The notes under the pieces were generated by a model. It was not told where the DNA came from, did no database searches, and was given only the letters and a program-made list of their open reading frames with translations. Both the position numbers and the translations under genes were made by a program. A stretch of DNA of 64,000 nucleotides from Gaiella sp. (GTDB lineage Bacteria; Actinomycetota; Thermoleophilia; Gaiellales; Gaiellaceae): the NCBI RefSeq assembly GCF_035558935.1, contig NZ_DATMBZ010000014.1:244-64243 (forward strand), written 5' to 3'. This document shows, piece by piece, positions 7,986 through 20,377 of the stretch. Positions within the stretch are counted from its first letter, which is position 1. Each line of letters opens with the position of its first letter.

Positions 7986-9802
7986 CCGGAAGCGGCCGTC
8001 GTCGTCTCGCCCGTGGGAGGGGGCTCGGGAGTCGTCGGCTGCTTCGGCTCGGCCTTGGGCTTCGGCTTCTCGGTGGCACGCTTCGGCGGGCCGACCTCGA
8101 CGATCGCGTTCTGCGGGTCGTAGCGGACGGTGTACCGCTCGTTCGCGAGCAGCTCGTCGCCCCTGAACACCCTGCGCGTGTACTGCACCGTGAACCCCGA
8201 CTCTCCGGAGGACTGCACCATGGAGGCCGTGCCCGGAGGGAGGGACGAGTTCAGCGTCCGGATCGTCCGAGGAGCCGTATAGGCGTACGGCTTGCCGGTC
8301 TCGGTCTCGATCCGCCGGCCGAGCTTCCGCGAGTAGAAGCGGACCGTGATCCCGGAGTCGCTCGCCGAGACCTTCATCAGGATCGCCGCCGGCCAGTTGT
8401 TGCGGAAGATCAGCTCCGGGCCACCCCAGGACACGGTCGCCTCCCGGCCCATCGGGTAACGAGAGATGTAGAACTGATGCGCCTGGTGCGCGACGAGCTT
8501 CACGCCGGCGAAGAACGCGGCGTTGTAGAGCGTCGTCGCGACCTGCGAGATGCCGCCGCCCACGGCATCCTCGAGACGCCCGTCGAAGATCTGCGGAGCC
8601 GCGACGAATCCCTTCTCGACGGTGCGCTTGCCGAGCGCCTCGTTCAGCGAAAACGCCTTCCCGGGGAGGATCACCGTCCCGTCGAGCAGCTGGGCGGCAC
8701 GCTGGATGTTCGTGACCCGCGGCTGGCAGCACGAGTAGTACGTGGTGAACTCCGAGACGAGCTCCCGGATGTCGAGCTTCTCGGCCTCTTCGGTCGTGAG
8801 GGCCGGCGCGGTCTCCCGGAACCGCGCGAGATGGGTCGTCGACTCGAGATTCGACACGAGCGACCTCCCGATCCGCGGCACGTCAAGCGCGCGCCCAGGT
8901 CGGGACGGGACGACCGAGACGCCGGGAGCGCCGACCTCGAACGTCGCATCGCGCGGCGCCGACTCGTAGCGCCCGAGCCGTATCCGCAGCGAGGCGCCGA
9001 GGCCCTTCGGGTCGAGCGAGATGCCGAGTGAGCCGTCCTCGCGCTCGGTGCGGAGGAGCCCACGCAGTCGCGTCGGCGTCAGGGTCGCCTCCGCATCGCC
9101 AAAGCGGACGCGCCTCGGCCCGTCGAGCAGGCGCTCGATCCGAGCGAGGGCGATCTCGGCCTCGGCGCGCGAGACGACCGGCCGGATCGGGACGATCTCG
9201 AGCTCGACGCGAGACGGGAGCGTGCGAAGCTCCCGGCGCAAGGAGTGCCGGTCGACGCCCGTACCCGCTCTAGCGTCCACGACGCGAGCCGCCTCGGCGT
9301 CGACGACGACGCGCGCGTCGCGCCAGGGCGTCCCGAACCGCCGATCGAGGCGGTCGGCGAGCTTCGCGACCGGGACCGGCCCGAGCCGATAGCGAAGCTC
9401 GACCGCAGGCCCCGAGCGCAGCCCGACCCGGTCGAGCACCCGCGCAAAGATCCCCTCGGCGGCGACCGCGTCGATCGCCTCCTCGACGAGGGGCTCCGCT
9501 CGGACCTCGCGCCCGCTCGTCGCGGCGAGCTCGCCGCCGGGCGCGACGAGCCGGATCGGTCGCCCCGCCCGCGCGGCTGCGTCGCGCGCGACCGCGGCGC
9601 GGGCCTCGTCCTCGCTCATCCCGCCGACGTCGACTCCTCCGATGGTGGCGCCGCGCGGCAGCGAGTCGCGCTCCAGGAGGGCGATCGCGCCGAATGCCAC
9701 GCCGAGGAGGACGACCGCGGCACCCGCGGCTACGAGCGCGACGATCGCCCTTCTTCGACGACGAGGCGTCCGTCTGGCGGACGAGAGGAAGGGGCCGGAC
9801 AC
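7982..9802 (-). CDS. VanW-family protein with N-terminal TM anchor and Pro/Lys/Thr-rich tail
   Basis: ..KAFSLNEALGKRTVEKGFVAAPQIFDGRLEDAVGGGISQVATTLYNAAFFAG...ISRYPMGREATVSW.. is the VanW core. It is followed by a beta-rich G5-like segment and a PKPKAEPKQPTTPEPPP tail. Confidence 0.85.
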   Translation of the reverse strand: MSGPFLSSARRTPRRRRRAIVALVAAGAAVVLLGVAFGAIALLERDSLPRGATIGGVDVGGMSEDEARAAVARDAAARAGRPIRLVAPGGELAATSGREVRAEPLVEEAIDAVAAEGIFARVLDRVGLRSGPAVELRYRLGPVPVAKLADRLDRRFGTPWRDARVVVDAEAARVVDARAGTGVDRHSLRRELRTLPSRVELEIVPIRPVVSRAEAEIALARIERLLDGPRRVRFGDAEATLTPTRLRGLLRTEREDGSLGISLDPKGLGASLRIRLGRYESAPRDATFEVGAPGVSVVPSRPGRALDVPRIGRSLVSNLESTTHLARFRETAPALTTEEAEKLDIRELVSEFTTYYSCCQPRVTNIQRAAQLLDGTVILPGKAFSLNEALGKRTVEKGFVAAPQIFDGRLEDAVGGGISQVATTLYNAAFFAGVKLVAHQAHQFYISRYPMGREATVSWGGPELIFRNNWPAAILMKVSASDSGITVRFYSRKLGRRIETETGKPYAYTAPRTIRTLNSSLPPGTASMVQSSGESGFTVQYTRRVFRGDELLANERYTVRYDPQNAIVEVGPPKRATEKPKPKAEPKQPTTPEPPPTGETTTAASG

Positions 9803-9858
9803 GGGGAAGGCTGACGGTAGCGGACGGCCGTTTGCGCCCCGCGGCCCGTGACGTGGGC

Positions 9859-10380
9859 CTACCCGAGCGGCTTCACGAAGAGGACGCGGTCCTCCCCCGG
9901 CCCGTCGTAGTCGTGGGCGACGCGCTCTGCTTCGAACCCGAGCGCCTTGTGAAAGGCCACCGACTCCTCGTTCGCCGGCGAGGTCACGCTACGCACCCTG
10001 GTTCTCCCGTGCCCGCGGGCATCCTCGAAGAAGCGCTCGTACAACCTGCGTCCGAGCCCCTCGCCGCGATGCTCGGGCGCGACGCCGACGAAGTGGACAT
10101 ACGCCTCCTCGGGGTCGGTCTGTGAGAGGAAGCCGATGAGGAATGCGGCGAGCTGGCCGTCCTCGTCGTCGAGGACGTAGCTCGTGCCCTCGAAGTGGAC
10201 GAAGAACAGCCGCGGCAGCATCGGCGCCATCTCCCGCCCGCCCCACCAGGCATTGACGCGCCCTATGACGCGTCCGTAGTCGGCCGGCTCCGCATGGCGG
10301 ATCTGCACGCTGCAAGCGTAGGGGACTGGCACCGGAGGTGCCTGTCCCCTGCGACGCAACGCCTCGTGGGGGTCGGTCAC
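9859..10380 (-). CDS. GNAT-family N-acetyltransferase
   Basis: VGVAPEHRGEGLGRRLYERFFEDAR...FHKALGF is the acetyl-CoA binding motif A/B. Its GTG start overlaps the upstream stop (GTGA). Confidence 0.85.
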   Translation of the reverse strand: MTDPHEALRRRGQAPPVPVPYACSVQIRHAEPADYGRVIGRVNAWWGGREMAPMLPRLFFVHFEGTSYVLDDEDGQLAAFLIGFLSQTDPEEAYVHFVGVAPEHRGEGLGRRLYERFFEDARGHGRTRVRSVTSPANEESVAFHKALGFEAERVAHDYDGPGEDRVLFVKPLG

Positions 10381-11351
10381 CTTGCGGGTGACAGACCCCA
10401 GGCCTCTCCCATCGCCTCCACGTGGCGGTGGTCGGTGCCGCAGCAGCCGCCGAGCACGGTGAGGCGCGGCAGACGCTCGCGGAGCGCCACGTACTCGTGC
10501 GCCAGCTCCTCGGGGTCACCCATGTCGAGCTCCTCGGCCTCGTCCAGCTCCGCGTGGCTCAGGCGCGACGCGTTGGCGCGGAGGCCGCGGATCCTGTCCG
10601 TCCACTCGGAGCCCGGCTCGAGAACGTCGTAGAAGTGGGACGGATGCGCACAGTTGAGCATCACGTACGCCGCGGCGGCGCCGGAGCGCGCGTCGAGCTC
10701 CTCGATCGCCGCGCCGAGTGGCTGGCCGCTGGGCAGGCGCCCGTCCGTCTCGACGGTGAAGGAGATCACTACCGGGAGACCGACGGCTTGCGCGGCGCGA
10801 ACGATTCCCACGGCCTCGTCGAGGTACGTCATCGTGATCGCAGTCACCAGGTCGACGCCCGCCTCGGCGAACGATCGAATCTGCGCGCCGTGGTAGTGGG
10901 CGGCCTCGTCGGACGTCATCGACTCCCCGACCACGTATCCGTCCCCACGCGGGCCGACGCAGCCGGAGATCACGATCGGGGTGGCCTCGGTCTCGAGCTC
11001 GTCGCGGAGCTCGTGGAGGAGCTCGACTGCACGCCGGTTGAGCGCCTCGAGCCGGTCGCCCGAGTGACCCATTCGCGCCGCCCAGTCGGGGCTCGCGCGC
11101 CAGGTCGGCGTCTCGAGCACGATCCCGACGCGGCGGGCGAGCGCGATCTGGACGTAGGGCTCGAAGTAGCGGCGCAGTGCGTCCTCCCCGCCTTCCCGCG
11201 TGAGCAGGTCGTATGCGGCGAAGTAGGGCAGGTCGTGGCCGTCGTGAAAGATGAGGGTCGTCTCGAGGCCGCCGTCCGTCAGGAACGGCGTCTCGCCGAG
11301 CTGGGGTAGAGCGTCTCGGTGGCGCGCGTGCGCCGGGAACATCGAGGTCAT
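10377..11351 (-). CDS. homocysteine S-methyltransferase family protein
   Basis: FLTDGGLETTLIF.. is at the N-terminus, ..NCAHP.. mid-protein, and GGCCGTDHRHV (the zinc-binding Cys pair) at the C-terminus. Confidence 0.85.
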   Translation of the reverse strand: MTSMFPAHARHRDALPQLGETPFLTDGGLETTLIFHDGHDLPYFAAYDLLTREGGEDALRRYFEPYVQIALARRVGIVLETPTWRASPDWAARMGHSGDRLEALNRRAVELLHELRDELETEATPIVISGCVGPRGDGYVVGESMTSDEAAHYHGAQIRSFAEAGVDLVTAITMTYLDEAVGIVRAAQAVGLPVVISFTVETDGRLPSGQPLGAAIEELDARSGAAAAYVMLNCAHPSHFYDVLEPGSEWTDRIRGLRANASRLSHAELDEAEELDMGDPEELAHEYVALRERLPRLTVLGGCCGTDHRHVEAMGEAWGLSPAR

Positions 11352-11487
11352 CAGACCGTCCTCCCGAAGTCGTGTCGCAGTCCCGCGACCGCTTTCGAGC
11401 GTACGAGCCGGGCGTTTCCTCCCGCGTACGGCTTACCGAACTCTTCCGAGCGGTCACCAAGGCACTCGACCGGAGTACCCTCGGGCG

Positions 11488-12587
11488 ATGAGACGCTCCG
11501 TCGCATGGGCGCTCGTTCTCCTGACGGTCGCCGGCACGGCGGCATCCGCGACGGCGCGACGCGGGACGACTGCCGCCGAGGCGCTTCAGCCCGCGCTGAA
11601 CGCGGTCGTGGCGTCAGGCACTCCGGGCGCGCTCGTCCTCGTGGAGGACGGCACGTCCCGGATGCAGGTCGAAAGCGGGCTCGCGGAGCTCCGAGGCGGT
11701 GTGCCGCTCCGCGCAGGTGACCGGTTCCGGGCTGGAAGCATCACGAAGACATTCGTCGCCGTCGTGGTCCTCCAGCTCGTCCGCGAGGGTCGGTTGAGTC
11801 TCGACGACACCCTCGAGCGGCGGCTCCCGGGGTTCGTGCCGAACGGGCGCCGCGTAACGATCCGGCAGCTGCTCGCGCACACCTCGGGTCTCTCGGACTA
11901 CGTGGCCGACGAGCGCTTCCTCCGATTGACGGCGAGCGCGCCCCGGCGACATTGGTCACCGCGGGAGCTCGTCCGCCGTGCCGAGCGGATGGGGCCGACC
12001 GGATCGCCCGGCGAGACCTTCGCCTATGCGAGCACGAACTACGTCCTGCTGGGCCTCGTCGTCGAGCGTGTCACGGGCACCACGATCGGAGAACAGCTCC
12101 GCAGCAGGATCTTCGCCCCGCTCGGCCTCCGCGGCACGGACTTCGTGCCGGATGCGTGGACTGGAGGCCGGTACGTGCACGGCTATGTGCCGAGCGTGCA
12201 CGACGGGATCGTCGGCAGCCTCGCGACGGCACGTGACCGAAGCGATGCGAGCGCGTCATGGGCCTGGGCAGCCGGCGCACTGGTCTCGACCGCGTCCGAC
12301 CTCTCCCGCTTCTTCGGCGCCTTGCTCGGCGGGCAGCTGCTGCCTCCCCGCCTGGTCGAGCTGATGCGGCCCGCACCGAGCCGACGCTACGGGCTGGGTC
12401 TCGCCGCGTTCGAGACGCCGTGTGGCAGGGCGGTCGGCCACACCGGGAATCTGCTCGGCACCGTCTCGGCCGCGTGGAGCACCGCCGACGGCAGGCGACG
12501 AGTGGTCGCGATGACGAACAGCTATCCGCTTTCCGCCGCGGCGGACACCGCGTTCAGGCGCCTGCTCGACGCGGCGTTCTGCCGCCG

Positions 12588-12591
<4 letters not shown>
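11488..12591 (+). CDS. secreted serine hydrolase, beta-lactamase / D-alanyl-D-alanine carboxypeptidase (class C-like) family
   Basis: The signal peptide is MRRSVAWALVLLTVAGTAASA. The S-x-x-K motif is GSITKTF. ..YASTNYVLLG.. and ..GHTGN.. are also present. ATG 11488 is preceded by TACCCT. Confidence 0.85.
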
Positions 12592-15122
<2,531 letters not shown>

Positions 15123-15250
15123 GTCCCTCGACCCTCCTTTCCGCGTGATCCGGAGTCTGCGGTGCCGCCGGCTCCGGGTCGAAGGCACCACTGATCGTAC
15201 CCGACGTCCGCGAAGTCGCCGACTAGCCGACCGGGTAGCCTTCCCGCCCG

Positions 15251-16279
15251 ATGCGGGTCCTGATCACCGGCTCCTCGGGCCAGATCGGCACGAACCTCGC
15301 CCTGCGCCTGCGCGCCGGCGGACACGAGGTCTTCGGGATCGACAAGCGGCTGAACACCTGGACCGACGAGTTCCCCTATCTCCTGCAGGACCTCGCGGGC
15401 CATTACGCCCCGTTCCCGGGCGGCATCAACGGGGTCGAGTACCCCGAGGTCGACCTCGTCGTGCACCTCGCGGCGCACGCGAAGGTGCACCAGCTCGTCC
15501 GCGAGCCGCACCGCGCGCTCGAGAACGCGATGATGACCTTCAACGTCCTCGAGTACGCGCGGCAGGGGAACATCCCGATCGTCTTCTCCTCGAGCCGCGA
15601 GGTGTACGGCGACGTCCACCGCTTCGAGGGCTACAACGAGCAGGCCGCCGACTTCGCCTACACGGAGAGCACGTACTCCGCCTCGAAGATCGCGGGCGAG
15701 GCCTTCATCTACTCGTACGCGCGCTGCTACGGGCTCCCATACGTCGTCTTCCGGTTCTCCAACGTCTACGGCCGCTTCGACAACGACCTGCGGCGCATGG
15801 TGAGGGTGATCCCGCTCTTCATCCACTCCATGCTGCGCGGTGAGCCGATCACGATCTACGGCGGCCGGGACAAGACGCTCGACTTCACCTACGTCGACGA
15901 CTGCGTCGACGGCATCTCCCGCGGCATCGAGGCGCTGCACGAGGGCCGCGTCGTCAACCAGACGATCAACCTCGCCTACGGCCAGGGGAACACGCTCGTG
16001 CACTGCGCCGAGCGCATCGCGGAGGAGCTCGGCGTCCAGCCGCAGATGACGCTCGCCCCATCGCTGCTCGGTGAGGTGACGCACTACGTCGCCGACCTCT
16101 CGAAGGCGCGCGAGCTCCTCGGCTACGACCCGGCGGTGCCGCTCGACGAGGGTATCGCGCGCGCCGTCGCCTGGTTCCGCGAGCATCGCGCGGCCCATCC
16201 CGACGAAGACACCGCCGTTCGCCCGGACCACGAGGGCGCGCTCGGGGCGAGCAGCGGCTGGAAGACGGCCGGCGGGTAG
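15251..16279 (+). CDS. NAD-dependent epimerase/dehydratase family protein
   Basis: MRVLITGSSGQIGTNL is the Rossmann GxxGxxG. YSASK is the catalytic YxxxK. Confidence 0.88.
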   Translation: MRVLITGSSGQIGTNLALRLRAGGHEVFGIDKRLNTWTDEFPYLLQDLAGHYAPFPGGINGVEYPEVDLVVHLAAHAKVHQLVREPHRALENAMMTFNVLEYARQGNIPIVFSSSREVYGDVHRFEGYNEQAADFAYTESTYSASKIAGEAFIYSYARCYGLPYVVFRFSNVYGRFDNDLRRMVRVIPLFIHSMLRGEPITIYGGRDKTLDFTYVDDCVDGISRGIEALHEGRVVNQTINLAYGQGNTLVHCAERIAEELGVQPQMTLAPSLLGEVTHYVADLSKARELLGYDPAVPLDEGIARAVAWFREHRAAHPDEDTAVRPDHEGALGASSGWKTAGG

Positions 16280-16294
16280 ACGCGGCGGGCGAGC

Positions 16295-17062
16295 CTACGA
16301 CGCGTTGAAGACCTGCGCTGCCGGAGGCGCGGCGATCGCCACCGGAACGTCGTACGCGAGGAACGTCAGGGTCTGGACCGTCGACGCGCGCGCACCCTGG
16401 AACGTCGTGGGCGTCACGGTGCGCAGCCGGCGGATCCTGCCGTCGGCGCCGACCCAGACGTCCTGCGTCACCCGGCCGAGACGGACGCCCGTGGCGCGCT
16501 CGACCGTATCGAGCTGCTTGCCGTAGGCGGGCACCGCGCGCGCCGCCCGGCGAAGATCGACCACCGCGCGATACCGCGTGGTCGGCCGGCCCGCGACCTG
16601 CTCCCGGGCCACCCTCTTCGTCGAGACGAGTCCGTGCGCAAGCGGCGCGAGCGTCTCCGCCTGGCCGATCAGCGAGCCGAAGTCGAGACCGACGCTGCCG
16701 CCCTGCGCCTGGAGATCGATGCGAAGCCAGGTCTTGCCCTGCGGCAGCGTCGAGAAGAGCGGTGAGCGCATGTACATGACGTAGGCGCCGTTCTCGACCA
16801 CCCCGATCGCGTTCATGGGCACGCGCCGTCCCGCGACGGTCGTGCTGACGCTCAGCGTCACGTTCCTGCCGGAGGTCGCCCCGCTCCCGGAGAGCACCGT
16901 CTTTGCCTTCCCCGGGGCTGTCGTCGTCATCTGGAGCTGGAGCTTGGCGCTCTTTGCCGTGGAGCTGCGCTTCGCCGCGGACAGCACGGGGTTCGCCGCC
17001 TGGGCGGCAGCCGGGACGAGTAGCGCGGCGGTCAGAACCACGGCGAGAGCGAGGCGGCGCAC
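16295..17062 (-). CDS. secreted hypothetical protein
   Basis: The signal peptide is MRRLALAVVLTAALLVPAAAQA, followed by beta-rich text. No family recognised. Confidence 0.65.
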   Translation of the reverse strand: MRRLALAVVLTAALLVPAAAQAANPVLSAAKRSSTAKSAKLQLQMTTTAPGKAKTVLSGSGATSGRNVTLSVSTTVAGRRVPMNAIGVVENGAYVMYMRSPLFSTLPQGKTWLRIDLQAQGGSVGLDFGSLIGQAETLAPLAHGLVSTKRVAREQVAGRPTTRYRAVVDLRRAARAVPAYGKQLDTVERATGVRLGRVTQDVWVGADGRIRRLRTVTPTTFQGARASTVQTLTFLAYDVPVAIAAPPAAQVFNAS

Positions 17063-17120
17063 CGCCGCATGGTAGTCGCGGCCGGAGGCCGCTGGCCCTG
17101 GCCGAAGGTCCAGGGTCGGC

Positions 17121-18506
17121 TCAGCGTCCCGGGTCGGCGGGCGCCTGTCGCAGCGCCGGGAAGAGCACGACGTCGCGGATCGACTCCTTGCCCGTGAGGA
17201 GCATCACGAAGCGGTCGATCCCGAATCCGAGCCCGCCGGTCGGAGGCATCCCGTACGAGAGCGCCTCGACGAAGTCGGGGTCCCCGCGCTCGCCCTCGAC
17301 CTGCTCGGACTGCTGGTCGAACCGCGCCCGCTGCATCGCGGCCTCGTTGATCTCCGTGAACGCGTTGCCGAGCTCCATGCCGCCCGCGAAGTACTCGAAC
17401 CGCTCCGTGAGCGTCGGGTCGTCGTCGGTCGGGCGCGCGAACGGCGAGAGCTCGACGGGGTAGTCGTGGACGATCGTCGGCTGGACCAATCCCGGCTCCA
17501 CGTAGTGCGAGAAGGCGTGGTCGACGAGCTGCGTCCAGTCCTTGTCGGCATCCGTGTCGACACCGCGCTCGGTCAGCCACGCGCGCAGCTCGTCTGGATC
17601 GCGCGTCCAGAGCTCGTGCCGCTCGAGCGCCTCGACGAAGCGGATGCGCTCCCATGGGCCCGCGAGATCGAGCTCGTGACCGCGGAACGTGACGGCCGTC
17701 CTGCCGAGCACCTCGCGCGCGACGCGCTCGACGAGCTGCTCGATCCGCTCCATCGTGTCGCGGTAGTCGGCGTAGGCCTCGTACCACTCGAGCATCGTGA
17801 ACTCGGGGTTGTGCTTGAACGAGACACCCTCGTTGCGGAAGTCCTTGCCGATCTCGTAGACCCGCTCGAGCCCGCCGACGATCAGCCGCTTGAGGTAGAG
17901 CTCGGTCGCGATGCGCAGGTAGAGGTCGGCGTCGAGCTCGTTGTGGTGGGTGACGAACGGCCGCGCGAACGCGCCGCCGTAGCGCGGCTGCAGGACGGGT
18001 GTCTCGACCTCGACGAAGCCCCACTCGTCGAGCGTGCGGCGGATCGCCGTCACGACTCTCGCGCGGATGACGAACGTCTCGCGGGTCTCTTCGTTCATCA
18101 GCAGATCGAGGTAGCGCTTGCGATAGCGCAGCTCGACGTCGGTGAGGCCGTGGAACGTGTCGGGGAGCGGCTGAGTGTTCCGCGCCAGCACCTCGACGCT
18201 CTCGGCGAGCACCGACGGCTCGCCCCGGCGCGATTTGGCCGGCCGCCCGACGACGCCGACCACGTCGCCGAGGTGGACGTCGACCTCGCCGGTGACTGCG
18301 ACGTCGCAGATCACCTGGATGCGGCCCGAGCGGTCGACGAGGTCGAGGAAGACGAGCTTCCCCATCCCGCGCCGCGCCATCGCCCGCCCCGCGAGGCGGC
18401 GAGTCGCGTCGAGCTCGCCGCCGGATTCGAGCGGATCGGCCTCGGCGCGGACGGCGGCTATGTCGTCGCGGTCGGGGAAGCGCTTCGGTGCAGGCGGCGC
18501 GGGCAC
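17121..18506 (-). CDS. lysS: lysine--tRNA ligase (class II)
   Basis: It has an OB-fold N-terminus (GKLVFLDLVDRSGRIQV) and FRNEGVSFKHNPEFTMLEWYEAYADY (motif 2 region), plus GGLGFGIDRFVM (motif 3). Confidence 0.95.
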   Translation of the reverse strand: MPAPPAPKRFPDRDDIAAVRAEADPLESGGELDATRRLAGRAMARRGMGKLVFLDLVDRSGRIQVICDVAVTGEVDVHLGDVVGVVGRPAKSRRGEPSVLAESVEVLARNTQPLPDTFHGLTDVELRYRKRYLDLLMNEETRETFVIRARVVTAIRRTLDEWGFVEVETPVLQPRYGGAFARPFVTHHNELDADLYLRIATELYLKRLIVGGLERVYEIGKDFRNEGVSFKHNPEFTMLEWYEAYADYRDTMERIEQLVERVAREVLGRTAVTFRGHELDLAGPWERIRFVEALERHELWTRDPDELRAWLTERGVDTDADKDWTQLVDHAFSHYVEPGLVQPTIVHDYPVELSPFARPTDDDPTLTERFEYFAGGMELGNAFTEINEAAMQRARFDQQSEQVEGERGDPDFVEALSYGMPPTGGLGFGIDRFVMLLTGKESIRDVVLFPALRQAPADPGR

Positions 18507-18660
18507 CGCCGGATCCTATGTCGCCGAATGGCTCTGCCACTCGGGGACGAGCCGGACCGCGGCAGCGCGGAGCCGGCGCTCGGCGTCGCGAATCGCGACG
18601 GCGAAGTCCTGCGAACGTAGATGCAGCGGCGTGGCTGACGCCATACCACGGCCCGCGGAG

Positions 18661-19128
18661 TCAGGCGGCCTTGATCTCCATGATCTTGAACTTCACCACG
18701 GAACCGCGCGGCGTCGTGACCTCGACGGTCTCGCCCTTCTTGTGGCCCATGATCGCCTTGCCGACGGGCGACTCGTTCGAGAGCTTCTGCTCGGCCGGGT
18801 TCGCCTCGGCGGAGCCGACGATGTGGTACTCGAGCGTCTCCTTCGCGTCGACGTCGCGCAGCCGGACGACCGAGCCCACGGACACGACGCTCGTGTCGAC
18901 GTCGGCCGTGTCGATCACACGCGCGTGCGCGAGCCGCTCCTCGAGCTGGGCGATCTTGTGCTCGAGCATCGCCTGCTCGTTCTTCGCGTCGTCGTACTCG
19001 GCGTTCTCGGCGATGTCGCCGAACTCGCGCGCGGTGCGGATGCGCTCGGCGATCTCGCGGCGCCGGTCGGTGCGCAGGGTGTCGAGCTCGAGCTTGAGAG
19101 CGTCGTAGCCCCCGGGGGTGAGGATCAC
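18661..19128 (-). CDS. greA: transcription elongation factor GreA
   Basis: ..AREFGDIAENAEYDDAKNEQAMLEHKIAQLEERL.. is the coiled-coil tip with acidic residues. ..SPVGKAIMGHKKGETVEV.. is the C-terminal domain. Confidence 0.93.
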   Translation of the reverse strand: MILTPGGYDALKLELDTLRTDRRREIAERIRTAREFGDIAENAEYDDAKNEQAMLEHKIAQLEERLAHARVIDTADVDTSVVSVGSVVRLRDVDAKETLEYHIVGSAEANPAEQKLSNESPVGKAIMGHKKGETVEVTTPRGSVVKFKIMEIKAA

Positions 19129-19276
19129 GTCCTTCAGGAGAACCTCCGAGTCGCCAGGAACGAGAACGAGGCGCCTACCGCGCCACGCGGACGCGCATGG
19201 TAGCGGCGACGTCGTCGGCTGGCAACCCCCGTTGCGAAAGAGCCCTCGGAAGGCCCACGACTACGATTCCGGGTCG

Positions 19277-20332
19277 ATGGTCGACCTCCGCGAGCCCTGG
19301 TCGATCGGGCCGGTCGAGATCCCGACCCGGCTCGTCCTCGCGCCGATGGCGGGTGTCAGCGTGCAGGCGTTTCGCAGGCAGGGACGCCGCTTCGGCGCCG
19401 GGCTCGTCTGCTCGGAGATGGTCAGCTGCGCGGGAATCGAGCACCGCAACGAGCGGACACTCGGCTATCTGCGCGTCGCCTCCGACGAGCATCCGCTCGC
19501 GATCCAGCTCTTCGGCTCGGAGCCGCGCACCATGGCGGAGGCGGCCCGGATGGTCGAGGCCGCCGGCGCGGATCTCGTCGACCTCAACTTCGGCTGCCCG
19601 GTGCGGAAGGTGACGAAGACGGGTGCCGGAGCGACGCTCCTCGACGACCCGGACCGGGCGGCGGCGATCGTCTCCGCGATCGCCGACGCCGTCGACATTC
19701 CCGTGTCCGTCAAGCTGCGCCGCGGGTTGCGCGACGGCTCCCGCGACTGCCTCGTCGTCGGCCCGCGGCTCGTCGAGGCCGGAGCCGCGTCGCTGACGCT
19801 GCACCCGCGCTCGGCCCGGCAGATGTACACGGGCACGGCCGACCATGCGCTGACCGCCGAGCTCGTCTCGCTCGTCGACGTCCCGGTGATCGCGTCGGGC
19901 GACATCGTGAGCCGGGCGAAGGCGCAGGCCGTCCTCGCGACGACCGGCGCAGCGGCCGTGATGGTCGGCCGCGCGGCGCAGGGAAACCCGTGGGTGCTCG
20001 AGGAGATCGTCGACGGCGAGCCTCGCGAGCCTTCGCGCGAGGAGGTCGTCGCCGAGCTCGTGCTGTTCGTCCGCGAGACGGTCCGCGAGCTCGGCGAGCG
20101 CCGCGCGAGCGGGTTCCTGAAGAAGTTCTACGGCTGGTACCTCGGGCGCGGCCGCTTCCCGCGGCCGTTCAAGCAGGAGCTCGTCCAGCTCTCCTCGACC
20201 GAGGAGGTCGAGCGGCGTCTGATCGCAGCGGCACCCGGCGCCCTCGAGCTGATCGAGCGACTCGAGTCCGAGGTCCCCTCGGGCGACGAGGTGACGCTCG
20301 AGCTGCCGATCTCGATCTACGGCGGCGGTTAG
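19277..20332 (+). CDS. tRNA-dihydrouridine synthase (DusB-like)
   Basis: LAPMAGVSVQAFRRQ...DLNFGCPVRKV (catalytic Cys) ...SVKLRRG...TLHPRS match the Dus family. The start is placed at ATG 19277 (MVDLREPW). Confidence 0.9.
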   Translation: MVDLREPWSIGPVEIPTRLVLAPMAGVSVQAFRRQGRRFGAGLVCSEMVSCAGIEHRNERTLGYLRVASDEHPLAIQLFGSEPRTMAEAARMVEAAGADLVDLNFGCPVRKVTKTGAGATLLDDPDRAAAIVSAIADAVDIPVSVKLRRGLRDGSRDCLVVGPRLVEAGAASLTLHPRSARQMYTGTADHALTAELVSLVDVPVIASGDIVSRAKAQAVLATTGAAAVMVGRAAQGNPWVLEEIVDGEPREPSREEVVAELVLFVRETVRELGERRASGFLKKFYGWYLGRGRFPRPFKQELVQLSSTEEVERRLIAAAPGALELIERLESEVPSGDEVTLELPISIYGGG

Positions 20333-20377
20333 ACGGGCCGGGGCATGGCTGAAGCCACGCCCGTGGTGCCCAAGGCC

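Noticed and set aside
15123-15250. ClgR/CtsR-type operator upstream of clpC.
   Set aside because: I could not find a convincing dyad matching either consensus as I remember them. Only the Shine-Dalgarno and TTG start are clear.
18507-18660. Regulatory leader (T-box or lysine riboswitch) in the 155-nt greA-lysS spacer.
   Set aside because: No specifier/T-box sequence or L-box core was recognisable, and only a short 6-bp dyad (GTCGCGAATCGCGAC) is present. It is probably just the lysS promoter region.
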